Positions 43,956 to 53,480 of a stretch of 64,000 nucleotides of DNA are shown piece by piece (position 1 is the first letter of the stretch; every line of letters starts with the position of its first letter). The stretch is from an uncultured Gammaproteobacteria bacterium (GTDB lineage: Bacteria; Pseudomonadota; Gammaproteobacteria; Eutrophobiales; Eutrophobiaceae). Under the pieces are notes generated by a model. It saw only the letters and a program-made list of their open reading frames with translations, was not told the origin of the DNA and ran no database searches. Location of the stretch: NCBI GenBank assembly GCA_951812995.1, contig CATOTD010000002.1, forward strand, positions 67,468 through 131,467, in the 5' to 3' direction. Both the position numbers and the translations under genes were made by a program.

Positions 43956-44882
43956 CTATTGCGTAAGATTTTGATAGGTCAGTCTCTTGCCGGTAATATT
44001 AGCTATTAAACTGCATACCCGGTTAATGGTATCAATCCGGCAATTACCATCATTTAATCTAAAAACAAACTCATTGATATACCGATGACAATGCTTTTTA
44101 CTCCAGTTATGATAAGTGCCATAGAACCCACGCTTTAATACAGCCCAGACGCTTTCAATGCTGTTTGTGTGGGCCATCCCGTTTACAAACTCCTTGGCAC
44201 TGTGATTAACCGTATCATGCTGATACAAACGCTCAAGACCAGCATATCCCTTATGCTCATCAGTAACTAGCTGGCTTCCAGCGGTGATATTTTTATGAAT
44301 TGTAGACTGTATGGTATACTGGTCGGTATTGCTTATCGGAACTGCCCTAACAGAACCACCGCGTACTTTCATACCCATGACCGCAACCTTGCCAACCGTC
44401 CCACGTCCTGCCTTGAGCTTCTTGTTCTCATGCTTGTTCGCTTCCTTGCCTCCAAGGTAAGTCTCATCAATCTCTATGATGCCACTCAACTTGTTGTCAT
44501 TACCTCCACATGCTTCTCTAATTCTATGTGATAGAAACCAGGCAGATTTTTGGGTAATACCCAACTCTTTGGCTAAATGCAAACTGGATATGCCTTTGCG
44601 CCCAGTTTGCATTAAATAGATAGCGTACAGCCATTTTCTTAAGGGTAATTTTGAAGTATTAAAGATTGTACCAATGCGCACGGTAAAGTCTTTTCGGCAA
44701 GTTTTATTCTTACATCTATGCCCATGTCTTTTGGGTCTGGGTGTAGAATTGCCGATACAGTTGCAATGGGGGCATATTGTTTGATCGCCCCATACTTGTT
44801 TTTCTATAAATGACACTGCTGTAGCCTCATCAAGGAATAATGTCATAAATTGAAATGTTGATATTGTTTTTGCTGTTTTCAT
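43956..44882 (-). CDS. IS1595-family transposase (distinct from A/B)
   Basis: CPHC, FTVRIGTIF, IEIDETYLGG, VTDE, HTNSIESVW. Confidence 0.94.
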   Translation of the reverse strand: MKTAKTISTFQFMTLFLDEATAVSFIEKQVWGDQTICPHCNCIGNSTPRPKRHGHRCKNKTCRKDFTVRIGTIFNTSKLPLRKWLYAIYLMQTGRKGISSLHLAKELGITQKSAWFLSHRIREACGGNDNKLSGIIEIDETYLGGKEANKHENKKLKAGRGTVGKVAVMGMKVRGGSVRAVPISNTDQYTIQSTIHKNITAGSQLVTDEHKGYAGLERLYQHDTVNHSAKEFVNGMAHTNSIESVWAVLKRGFYGTYHNWSKKHCHRYINEFVFRLNDGNCRIDTINRVCSLIANITGKRLTYQNLTQ

Positions 44883-45014
44883 CTATCATATAACCAGCGT
44901 TTACTCATTATTAAGCAGTAATACATTATATGACACATAAAAAATCAATCTGTTTTAAATATATTTGTGGCGTTAAGTATATAATTCCCAAGTATAGGGA
45001 TCCCCTACCTGGAC

Positions 45015-45725
45015 TTACCGGTTGTTAATCTGGCTCACGATCTCATCTGGCGGCATATAGCCTGGTAACATGTCGCCATTTTGTAGATAGATTGCAGGCG
45101 TGCCACGCACACCTAATTTTTGCCCCAGGGCATATTGTTCAGCGACGGGATCATCACAAGATTTGGCGGCTACTGGTTCTCTATTTTTTGCGGCTGTCAA
45201 TGCCGTTTGTCGGTTATCAGCACACCATACATGACGCATTTTACGACCTATGGCCGACTCGGTGCCGGTGCGTGGATAAGCCAGGTAGCGCACGGTAATC
45301 CCTAGCGCATTTAGTGTCGGCACATCAAGATGGAGTTTTCTGCAATAGCCGCAATCAACATCAGTAAAAACATAGATAGTGTCTTGCGCATGTTGCGATG
45401 CAAACTCGATATAGTCATCTTTCGCAATCGTCTTGAGCAATTTTATTCTGGCATTGGATCGGACTTCTTCGGTCAGGTTGCGACGTTCATTCGCATCGAG
45501 CAAATCACCTCTGAATACATAATTGCCATCGCCGGTCATGTAAATAATATCTGTGCCGATGACAACCTGGTAGAGACCATCAACCGGTGTCGCTTGCACG
45601 CTGTCAATTTCTACATCCGGCAACAATCTGGCCAAGGCGGCGTTTAATTCAGCGTTGCGGTCATCTGCGGCCAGCGCTACTGATGAGATAAAAATACCCA
45701 GCAATAAAAACGGACTGAATTTCAT
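45015..45725 (-). CDS. dsbC: thiol:disulfide isomerase
   Basis: Signal peptide, FTDVDCGYCRKLH, YLAYPR, GVRGTP. Confidence 0.95.
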   Translation of the reverse strand: MKFSPFLLLGIFISSVALAADDRNAELNAALARLLPDVEIDSVQATPVDGLYQVVIGTDIIYMTGDGNYVFRGDLLDANERRNLTEEVRSNARIKLLKTIAKDDYIEFASQHAQDTIYVFTDVDCGYCRKLHLDVPTLNALGITVRYLAYPRTGTESAIGRKMRHVWCADNRQTALTAAKNREPVAAKSCDDPVAEQYALGQKLGVRGTPAIYLQNGDMLPGYMPPDEIVSQINNR

Positions 45726-45735
45726 GTGTGCTCCC

Positions 45736-45850
45736 TAGGTTATGGTGTATTTAGGTTATGGTGTATTTAGGTTATGGTGTATTTAGGTTATGGTGTATTT
45801 AGGTTATGGTGTATTTAGGTTATGGTGTATTTAGGTTATCGTGTATTTAG
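45736..45850. repeat. 16-bp VNTR (TAGGTTATGGTGTATT) x7
   Basis: Six perfect units and one single-mismatch unit, abutting the dsbC RBS. Confidence 0.97.
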
Positions 45851-45971
45851 CGATTGCAGAACCTTAACATCAGACCATTATACAGGGTTTGTGTTCCTTA
45901 ACGATTGAATAATTCGATGCGTCCTCTTTTCGTGATACAGTCATGGGATACTAAACTGAATCTACATAATA

Positions 45972-47735
45972 ATGTCTGAAGCCAAGTTAGAGATTGACTA
46001 CATCCTCAACTTATTGGGGAAAGATGGACTGATAAACCAGCAACAGCGTAGCCAGCTATCCAATATCAGCACGGAGCGGACAAAAGTGCATATTCATCCT
46101 TTGATTACGATCGCCGAACAAGGCTGGAAGTCGTCAACAGTCCCCAGCTATCCGCTGAGTCTTGAAACACTGACCAAGTGGCTGGCCGCAAAAGTCAATC
46201 AAACCTATTTGCGGATCGATCCACTTAAAATAAATGTGCAGAAAATCACGGCGGTTGTCTCGCAGGCCTATGCGGCAAAACTTAAGATACTACCCGTAGA
46301 GGTGAACAAAACCGAGCTAACGATTGCAACATGTGAGCCTTTTATTACGGCTTGGGAAGCGGAGTTGGCGCGCATTGCGAAACTCAAGATCAAGCGTGTC
46401 ATCATCAATCCCAGAGATCTTGAGCGTTATTTAATCGAGTTTTATGGTGTCAGTAAATCCATATCGAGCGCGGTCGGGCAAAAAAAAGACGAGCCGATAG
46501 CGCTTATTCAAAACTTTGAGCAATTAGTCAAGGTTGGTAAAGCGGGCGAACCAGACGCGAATGATCAGCATATCGTCAGCATTGTAGATTGGCTGTTGCA
46601 GTTTGCCTTTGAACAACGCGCGAGTGATATTCATCTTGAGCCGCGACGGGAAAAAGGCCGCATCCGTTTTAGGATAGACAGCGTATTGCATACGGTGCAT
46701 GAACTACCGGTGGTGCTGATGGTCGCCATTACCAGCCGACTGAAATCGCTTGGTCGCATGGATGTCACAGACCGCCGCCGCCCGCAAGACGGGCGAGTCA
46801 AGACCCTAACCCCTTCTGGAAAAGAAGTCGAGATGCGACTCTCGACGATGCCGACGACCTTTGGTGAAAAACTCGTTATGCGGATTTTCGATCCTGATAT
46901 GTTGGTCAAGAATTACCAGGAACTTGGTTTTACCAAGCATGATCAAGCAAAACTAGATGACATGTTGAGCAATTCACATGGCATTATTGTAATCACCGGG
47001 CCAACCGGTTCTGGCAAAACAACCACGTTATACTCGGCGTTGAATCAGATTGCTTGTCCAGAGATCAATATTTGTACTATTGAAGATCCGATTGAAATGG
47101 TGACACCGCAGTTTAATCAAATGCAGGTTCAACAATCTATAGGGATAGACTTCTCGGCGGGTGTTAGGACGTTGTTGAGGCAAGATCCCGACATCATCAT
47201 GATCGGTGAGATCCGCGATCGGGAAACGGCTGATATCGCTGTACAAGCGGCCTTGACAGGCCATCTTGTGTTATCCAGTTTACATACCAATGATGCGCCT
47301 TCTGCCGTGACACGATTGCTAGATTTAGGCTTGCAGGCTTTTCTATTAAACGCAACAATACAGGGTGTGATAGCCCAGCGGTTGTTAAGGACGTTGTGTA
47401 TTCATTGTCGGGTGCAGATCCTGACTGACAAGCAAAGCTGGACGGAATTTACCTATCCCGACAACTTAAAAATGCCGCCCCAGATATGCCGACCGGTTGG
47501 TTGTGATGAGTGTCGGCATACCGGTTATTTAGGCCGCACTGCTATTTACGAAGTCTTAAAAATGGACGCAACCATACGTGAACAGGTGTCTATGCATACG
47601 AATCTGGACCTATTGCGTGCGGCGACCTTAAAAAGTGGTATGCGGCCATTAAAAATCAGCGCCGCCCAAAAAGTTGCCAATGGCTTGACGACGCTTGAAG
47701 AAGCGTATTCTGTATTACCGCAGCGGCAACATTAA
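45972..47735 (+). CDS. GspE/PulE/PilB-family secretion ATPase
   Basis: RASDIHLEP, PQDGR, GPTGSGKTTT, TIEDPIE, LRQDPD, LHTNDA, two CxxC. Confidence 0.93.
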   Translation: MSEAKLEIDYILNLLGKDGLINQQQRSQLSNISTERTKVHIHPLITIAEQGWKSSTVPSYPLSLETLTKWLAAKVNQTYLRIDPLKINVQKITAVVSQAYAAKLKILPVEVNKTELTIATCEPFITAWEAELARIAKLKIKRVIINPRDLERYLIEFYGVSKSISSAVGQKKDEPIALIQNFEQLVKVGKAGEPDANDQHIVSIVDWLLQFAFEQRASDIHLEPRREKGRIRFRIDSVLHTVHELPVVLMVAITSRLKSLGRMDVTDRRRPQDGRVKTLTPSGKEVEMRLSTMPTTFGEKLVMRIFDPDMLVKNYQELGFTKHDQAKLDDMLSNSHGIIVITGPTGSGKTTTLYSALNQIACPEINICTIEDPIEMVTPQFNQMQVQQSIGIDFSAGVRTLLRQDPDIIMIGEIRDRETADIAVQAALTGHLVLSSLHTNDAPSAVTRLLDLGLQAFLLNATIQGVIAQRLLRTLCIHCRVQILTDKQSWTEFTYPDNLKMPPQICRPVGCDECRHTGYLGRTAIYEVLKMDATIREQVSMHTNLDLLRAATLKSGMRPLKISAAQKVANGLTTLEEAYSVLPQRQH

Positions 47736-47745
47736 ACCGCAATCC

Positions 47746-48657
47746 TTAGCCGCGTGGATGATGTTCGGCATGTAAATCCTTGAGACGTTCTCTTGCAACA
47801 TGCGTATATATTTGCGTGGTAGAAATATCACTATGCCCCAACAGCATCTGCACGACTCTTAAATCAGCACCATGATTGAGCAGATGGGTGGCAAAGGCGT
47901 GGCGCAATACATGGGGCGATAATGTTTTTTTAATATCCGCGACGGCCGCATAGCGTTTGACGATATGCCAAAAAGTTTGGCGCGTCATCGCCGTGCGCCG
48001 ATTACTCGGGAACAGCGCATCGGTTAAGGTATGATTCAGAATCTCGTTGCGGGCTGATGCAAGATAGCGTTCAAGCCACACGCCAGCCTCTTCACCCATT
48101 GGCACCAAACGCTCTTTATTGCCTTTACCGGTCACTCTCAGGACACCTTGACGCAGATTCACCTGCTGCATTGTTAAGGCAACAAGTTCCGAGACGCGCA
48201 AACCAGTCGCATACAGTAATTCCAGCATCGTTCTATCCCTTACCCCGGCTACTTGTGCGGTATCTGGCGCGTTGAGCAGTGCTTCAACTTCAGATTCAGT
48301 CAGGGTCTTTGGCAGTGTGCGTCCAAGCCTTGGTGCATCGACATGGCTAACTGGATTTTGTTTGATGTGATCCTCGCGCAGTAGGTATTCATACAGCCGC
48401 CGCAAGCTGGATAATCGTCGTGCCACTGTTCGTGCCGAGCTATGCTTTGCAGCCGCGAGATAAGCCAGCACATCTTTCGGCTCGGCGCTGGCCAATGTCA
48501 CATGCTGTTGTTGTAGCCAACATGAAAAATGGGTCAAGTCGCTACGATAGGCGGCCAGCGTGTTATTGCTCAAGCCGCGCTCCATCCATAAAGCATCAAG
48601 GAATGCGTCTATAATGCGCCTCGATTCGGGCGCACTGTTTGTGTGTTGTTCGGTCAA
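47746..48657 (-). CDS. xerD: tyrosine recombinase XerD
   Basis: LWMERGLSNNTL.AY, LYATGLRVSEL, SPHVLRHAFATHLLNHGADLR, TTQIYTHV, HHPRG. Confidence 0.96.
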   Translation of the reverse strand: MTEQHTNSAPESRRIIDAFLDALWMERGLSNNTLAAYRSDLTHFSCWLQQQHVTLASAEPKDVLAYLAAAKHSSARTVARRLSSLRRLYEYLLREDHIKQNPVSHVDAPRLGRTLPKTLTESEVEALLNAPDTAQVAGVRDRTMLELLYATGLRVSELVALTMQQVNLRQGVLRVTGKGNKERLVPMGEEAGVWLERYLASARNEILNHTLTDALFPSNRRTAMTRQTFWHIVKRYAAVADIKKTLSPHVLRHAFATHLLNHGADLRVVQMLLGHSDISTTQIYTHVARERLKDLHAEHHPRG

Positions 48658-48739
48658 TTACGTCATGCCTAAACGATTCATGGATACAGCCGCGGTCGGC
48701 AGCTTAGATGCGCATGTTGCAGGTGTTGATGGCACCGCC
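48571..48739. repeat. 169-bp direct repeat copy 1 (xerD 5' end and upstream DNA)
   Basis: Matches 50665..50833 with 3 mismatches. Confidence 0.95.
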
Positions 48740-48749
48740 ACGTTAATAA

Positions 48750-48766
48750 GGGAATTATATACTTAA
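48750..48766 (+). mobile_element. solitary IS1595-type terminal IR
   Basis: GGGAATTATATACTTAA, identical over 17 nt to the end at 44989. Confidence 0.8.
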
Positions 48767-48875
48767 GAATAAGCATATTATATACAATTACTTATCCAGT
48801 CATAAATTATGAATATCAGAAAAACAGCAGATACAATTTCATCAATATACGCCTTAAATATCAGGAGAAAATACA

Positions 48876-49699
48876 ATGAAAAAAGAGTTTGAAGCGCATC
48901 TCAAACAATTTGTCGCAGGACTCAAAGCACATATAAGCACAGAAAACAAACAGTGGACGATCAAGGGATTTATTGATGTATTCCAAAACATTTATACGAT
49001 TTCTGCAGACACCAAAATCATCTCTAAAATTTTAGAAATTCATTTATTTCCGAAAATCATGGAGTTTGCGCAAACTTGTGGCTACAAAATCGTGCTTGCC
49101 GAACACCAAAACTACTACCCCGATATATCATTTATAAAGACTGATGATGAGGATGTTAAATTTGCACTGGATCTAAAAACAACTTATAGAAACCCAAGAA
49201 AACCATTTTTATGCAACGGCTTTACATTAGGCTCCCACGGAAAATACTTTACAGACCGAACCAGCAAGAAAAACATACAATTTCCTTACGGCGAATATGC
49301 AGGTCATTTTTGCCTTGGGATTATCTATGACCGAGGGTCTAAGGTCGCTACAAAAGAAACAATCAATTACAATATAAACGAGCTGCGCTCAATTGTATCT
49401 GTCATTAGTAATTTTCAGTTTTTTGTGGCAGAAAAATGGAAGATTGCAGGCGATAAAAGTGGCAGTGGTAATACAGCCAATATCGGTAGCATCAACAACA
49501 TTGCCGACATCGTAAGTAACAACGGGATGTTTGCAAAACTAGGTGAGTCGTGGTTTGATGACTACTGGATGAATTTAATAAAATTACCGCTTCTGATGGC
49601 AAAGGCGGCACCAAGAAAATCACATCTTTAAGCGATTTTGTGAAATATAGAAAAGGAGATAAATCGTTAATAGTGCCAAAAAGAAATAGTCCGCCGTAA
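48876..49699 (+). pseudogene. EcoRV-family restriction endonuclease, frameshifted near the C-terminus
   Basis: DTKIISKILE, QNYYPD, ALDLKTTY, FTLGS, GSGNTANIGS, FDDYW; a shifted frame gives KITASDGKGGTKKITSLSDFVKYR to TAA at 49699. Confidence 0.8.
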
Positions 49700-49709
49700 C
49701 CACAAACCA

Positions 49710-50627
49710 ATGAAACTACAGGCTCCACCAATCAAATCACAAGGCATAAAAACCAAGTTAGTGCCTTGGATAAAAACGGTTGTACCCAATCAATTAACCG
49801 GGAAATGGATAGAGCCTTTTATGGGAACAGGGGCAGTAGCCTTTAATATTGCTCCTCATCATGCTTTGTTATGCGATATTAACCCCCATTTAATCAATTT
49901 CTATCAAGCCGTTGCCGAACAAGACATTACCCCATCTGGCGTCAGAGAATATTTAAGTAGTGAAGGTGCTAATCTATTGAAAAGAGGTGAAGCGCATTAC
50001 TACCACGTAAGAGAAAGATTCAATAAAAAATTTAATCCTTTGGATTTTCTGTTTCTAAATAGAGCGGGGTTTAACGGAATGATACGCTTCAATAGAAAAG
50101 GCCATTTTAATACGCCATTTTGTAAAAAACCGCAAAGGTTCTCTCCAGCTTACATAACCAAAATTGTCAATCAAGTTGCTTATGTGAGCCACTTGCTGGC
50201 CACAAAAAAATTCAAATTCAAATGTCAATCATTCAAGGATACAATAACCCGTGCTAATACAGATGATGTGATTTACTGTGATCCTCCCTATATAGACAGA
50301 CATGCCGATTATTTTAATGGCTGGGATGTTGAGCAGGAAAAAAGTCTTTTTAATGTTTTGGCGAAAACAAATAGCCAGTTTATTTTATCAACATGGCATC
50401 ACAATCAATACCGGGAAAATAAGTACATAAAGAGTCTATGGGGTCAGTTTAATATGCTTACAAGAGAGCATTTTTACCATATCGGTGCAAGCGAAAAAAA
50501 CAGAAACCTGATGATAGAAGCCATTGTAACAAATTGCGAAATACAACACGGTAATAACGAAACAAACGAAACGGACGAAATGAACGAAACGTTGAAACAG
50601 CAAGAACAAACCAGCTTGCTAATATAA
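49710..50627 (+). CDS. Dam/M.EcoRV-type N6-adenine DNA methyltransferase
   Basis: [36 protein letters not shown]. Confidence 0.9.
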   Translation: MKLQAPPIKSQGIKTKLVPWIKTVVPNQLTGKWIEPFMGTGAVAFNIAPHHALLCDINPHLINFYQAVAEQDITPSGVREYLSSEGANLLKRGEAHYYHVRERFNKKFNPLDFLFLNRAGFNGMIRFNRKGHFNTPFCKKPQRFSPAYITKIVNQVAYVSHLLATKKFKFKCQSFKDTITRANTDDVIYCDPPYIDRHADYFNGWDVEQEKSLFNVLAKTNSQFILSTWHHNQYRENKYIKSLWGQFNMLTREHFYHIGASEKNRNLMIEAIVTNCEIQHGNNETNETDEMNETLKQQEQTSLLI

Positions 50628-50664
50628 CAACACCCAAGATAGCAAATCACTCAAGCATTACGAA

Positions 50665-50833
50665 CAAGCCGCGCTCCATCCATAAAGCATCAAGGAATGC
50701 GTCGATAATGCGCCTCGATTCGGGCGCACTGTTTGTGTGTTGTTCGGTCAATTACGTCATGCCTAAACGATTCATGGATACAGCCGCGGTCGGTAGCTTA
50801 GATGCGCATGTTGCAAGTGTTGATGGCACCGCC
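50665..50833. repeat. 169-bp direct repeat copy 2 (contains the first 29 codons of xerD)
   Basis: Matches 48571..48739. Confidence 0.95.
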
Positions 50834-50907
50834 GTGGTTATTTAATAAGGCCCGTGCTTGCTTTTACGGCAAGCTACGGGAGCGGCCAGATGAGGCCATT
50901 GTCCCAT

Positions 50908-51264
50908 TTATTGCTTTGTCTTGATTTTTTCTTTGATGCGTGCCGCCTTGCCGCGCAGATTGCGCATGTAATAGAGTTTGGCGCGTCTGACATCACCACG
51001 GCGTTTGACCTGAATATCCGCAACGGTGTTGCTGTATGTTTGGAAGACGCGCTCTACACCTTCATCATAAGCAATCTTGCGCACGGTGAATGATGAATTC
51101 AGACCGCGGTTTTTAATCGCAATCACAACGCCTTCAAAGGCCTGTAGACGTTCGCGTTGTCCTTCTTTTACTTTGACTTGCACAACAACGGTATCGCCTG
51201 GCGCAAACGCGGGAATATCGCGGGTCATTTGTTCAGCTTCAAGTTGTTCGATTATATTTGCCAT
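50908..51264 (-). CDS. rplS: 50S ribosomal protein L19
   Basis: [24 protein letters not shown]; start chosen by RBS spacing. Confidence 0.97.
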   Translation of the reverse strand: MANIIEQLEAEQMTRDIPAFAPGDTVVVQVKVKEGQRERLQAFEGVVIAIKNRGLNSSFTVRKIAYDEGVERVFQTYSNTVADIQVKRRGDVRRAKLYYMRNLRGKAARIKEKIKTKQ

Positions 51265-51275
51265 TTTCATAACTC

Positions 51276-52031
51276 CTAATCACAATTATCGGGTTGCCCG
51301 GTTTCTGTAATAAATGCTTGTAGCAACGCTTTTTGTTCATCATCAAGTTCAATCCATTCAAGTAAATCAGGCCGCGCCTGCCATGTCTTTCCAAGTGCCT
51401 GTTGTAAGCGCCAGCGGCGTATTTCCTCGTGGTTGCCGCTGCGCAATACAGCGGGAACCTGATAACCATCAATCTGCTCTGGGCGCGTATAATGCGGATA
51501 GTCTAGCAACCCGTCAACAAATGAATCCTCACGCGCTGAATCTTGATGCCCCAAGACCCCCGGCAGTGTTCTGCAAACACTGTCTATCAAGACCATTGCG
51601 GCAAGTTCGCCGCCACTTAGCACATAATCACCAATCGACCATTCCTCATCGACCGCAGATTCGATAATACGTTCATCGATGCCTTCATAACGACCCGCGA
51701 GCAAGATCATGCCGCCGCGCTCGGCGAGCTCAGCGATGCCGACCTGATCCAAACGGCGGCCTTGTGGTGATAAATAAATCACCTTAGCTCCAGGTTGCGC
51801 CTCTTTGGCTTTGGCAATGGCCGCGCGCACTGGCGCATACATAATGACCATGCCGGGTCCGCCGCCATACGGCCGGTCGTCCACGGTCTTGTGTTTGTCT
51901 TGCGCGAAGTCCCGCAGATCCCAGACTCTGTATGCCAGTAACTCAGCCGCCGCCGCCCGTCCGATGACACCGTGTTCCAGTACGGGTGTCAGCATCGTCG
52001 GCAACAGCGTGATGACATCAAGCTGGTACAT
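51276..52031 (-). CDS. trmD: tRNA m1G37 methyltransferase
   Basis: [38 protein letters not shown]. Confidence 0.97.
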   Translation of the reverse strand: MYQLDVITLLPTMLTPVLEHGVIGRAAAAELLAYRVWDLRDFAQDKHKTVDDRPYGGGPGMVIMYAPVRAAIAKAKEAQPGAKVIYLSPQGRRLDQVGIAELAERGGMILLAGRYEGIDERIIESAVDEEWSIGDYVLSGGELAAMVLIDSVCRTLPGVLGHQDSAREDSFVDGLLDYPHYTRPEQIDGYQVPAVLRSGNHEEIRRWRLQQALGKTWQARPDLLEWIELDDEQKALLQAFITETGQPDNCD

Positions 52032-52549
52032 TACGCCTCACGCGCCCATGCAACCTGCATCGTATGGGTTGTTAAATCAACGTGTTTGACGAATATCCCC
52101 ATCAGTAATGGAATCAGCGTCTTGACCTGCTTATCGTCATGGATCACAAGCACGTCGTGCGCACCAGTTTCGACAATATCGCTAATCTTGCCGAGCCGCA
52201 CTGCGTCTTGATTAACAACCTCAAGCCCGATTAGATCGTGCCAGTAATATGTGCCGTCTGTGAGTGTCGGTAATTGTCCGCGTGTTATGCCCAGTTCGCA
52301 GTGTATGAGTCGGCGTGCGTTTTCTGAATTATCGATGCCGGTTATTTTCAGCAACCGCCGCCGCCCTTGGTGTTGGAATGCTTCCACTGCAAGCCTCTCC
52401 CAATGATTGTGTACATGAATCAACAGGGGTGAATAGGTAGTAATGTTTTTTTCTGGTCGTGTGTATGAATCTATCTTCAACCAGCCCCGCACCCCGTAGA
52501 CCCCGCCAATACGGCCGACGATAAGGTGTTCCCGTTCCCGCATCAACAA
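52031..52549 (-). CDS. rimM: ribosome maturation factor RimM
   Basis: [27 protein letters not shown]. Confidence 0.95.
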   Translation of the reverse strand: MLMREREHLIVGRIGGVYGVRGWLKIDSYTRPEKNITTYSPLLIHVHNHWERLAVEAFQHQGRRRLLKITGIDNSENARRLIHCELGITRGQLPTLTDGTYYWHDLIGLEVVNQDAVRLGKISDIVETGAHDVLVIHDDKQVKTLIPLLMGIFVKHVDLTTHTMQVAWAREA

Positions 52550-52607
52550 TGTGGGTGTTGTTTTGTTAAAGGGTCATTATTTAATATCCAGAACACAACA
52601 CGCATCG

Positions 52608-52865
52608 TTATGCGGCATCAACCGTTGTCGCATGTTTTTTAATCAGTTGCGCCACCCGCTCGGATGTTTGTGCGCCTTGTGTAACCCAGTAGTCAACACG
52701 CGCCGTATCCAATCTGAAGGTAACCTCCGCACCGGTCGCCACTGGATTGAAAAACCCTAAGCGTTCCAGTACCCGGCCATCGCGCTTGTTGCGGCTATCG
52801 GTTGCGACTATGTGATAAAAAGGCTTTTTCTTCGCCCCAGTTCTCGACAATCTAATTTTTACCAT
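52608..52865 (-). CDS. rpsP: 30S ribosomal protein S16
   Basis: [33 protein letters not shown]; true start 52865. Confidence 0.97.
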   Translation of the reverse strand: MVKIRLSRTGAKKKPFYHIVATDSRNKRDGRVLERLGFFNPVATGAEVTFRLDTARVDYWVTQGAQTSERVAQLIKKHATTVDAA

Positions 52866-52890
52866 CCGTCTTACGACCTCTATTATAATG

Positions 52891-53079
52891 TTATAAATTA
52901 TTGTTTTGTGGTGTAGCTTTGCGCGCAAGTGATTCGCAAGCGAGTTGATAGAGCTTGCTGACGCAGGGTCGGTTAAATTGATCAAACAGCGTTGCGCGCC
53001 CGACACCAAATTCAATAGCGGCCTGGTCTACTGTCCAACCGCGATCTTTAATAAATTGCTTTAGTTCTGCCCCGGTCAT
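52891..53079 (-). CDS. small Cro/XRE-like HTH protein
   Basis: MTGAELK..IK.RGWT..QAA..FGVGRAT...KLYQLACE. Confidence 0.6.
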   Translation of the reverse strand: MTGAELKQFIKDRGWTVDQAAIEFGVGRATLFDQFNRPCVSKLYQLACESLARKATPQNNNL

Positions 53080-53303
53080 TTGAATTTATCTCGTAAATAA
53101 GCCATTTTTTGCAAATGTCTTAAAAAACCTGTTTCTTGCTCTCCGCCGCACGGATTCAAACGTTTCACACATTTTTTCAAATCAGATTTTGATATTACAA
53201 ATGTATACATAAAATCATCTAATGTAAATAACGCGCAGGAGATGCCTCGCCCGAAAAAGCCGCTATTGTACATAAAACCATTGAAAAAGAAAGTAGCGAC
53301 CAC
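53076..53303 (-). CDS. small hypothetical protein coupled (ATGA) to the HTH gene
   Basis: Stop overlaps the HTH start; no family recognised. Confidence 0.35.
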   Translation of the reverse strand: MVATFFFNGFMYNSGFFGRGISCALFTLDDFMYTFVISKSDLKKCVKRLNPCGGEQETGFLRHLQKMAYLRDKFK

Positions 53304-53404
53304 AACGGTAACCTAGGGTGGTAATTGTTGACAAAATTATATTAAAATTACCCTTAATAGTTAAATTAACATACAATACGCCAAACCAAACTGGCCAAAG
53401 AACT

Positions 53405-53474
53405 AAAGAAACTGAACCCAAAGAAACTGAACCCAAAGAAACTGAACCCAAAGAAACTGAACCCAAAGAAACTG
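53405..53474. repeat. 15-bp VNTR (AAAGAAACTGAACCC) x4.7
   Basis: Perfect units ending 6 nt before the autotransporter ATG. Confidence 0.95.
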
Positions 53475-53480
53475 GGCAAT

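Larger units (their letters stand above)
41758..44989 (-). mobile_element. composite IS1595-family element C carrying an R-M system
   Basis: Ends GGTAATTATATATC (41758) and AAGTATATAATTCCC (44989); no matching TSD. Confidence 0.75.

Noticed and set aside
45736..45850. CRISPR array or plasmid iterons
   Set aside because: Head-to-tail units without spacers, no rep gene, flanked by chromosomal genes
47746..48657. Integron or phage integrase for the attC or the R-M cassette
   Set aside because: Typical housekeeping XerD with no IntI-specific insertion
52866..53015. N-terminally extended S16
   Set aside because: The canonical start MVKIRL with a GAGG RBS is at 52865
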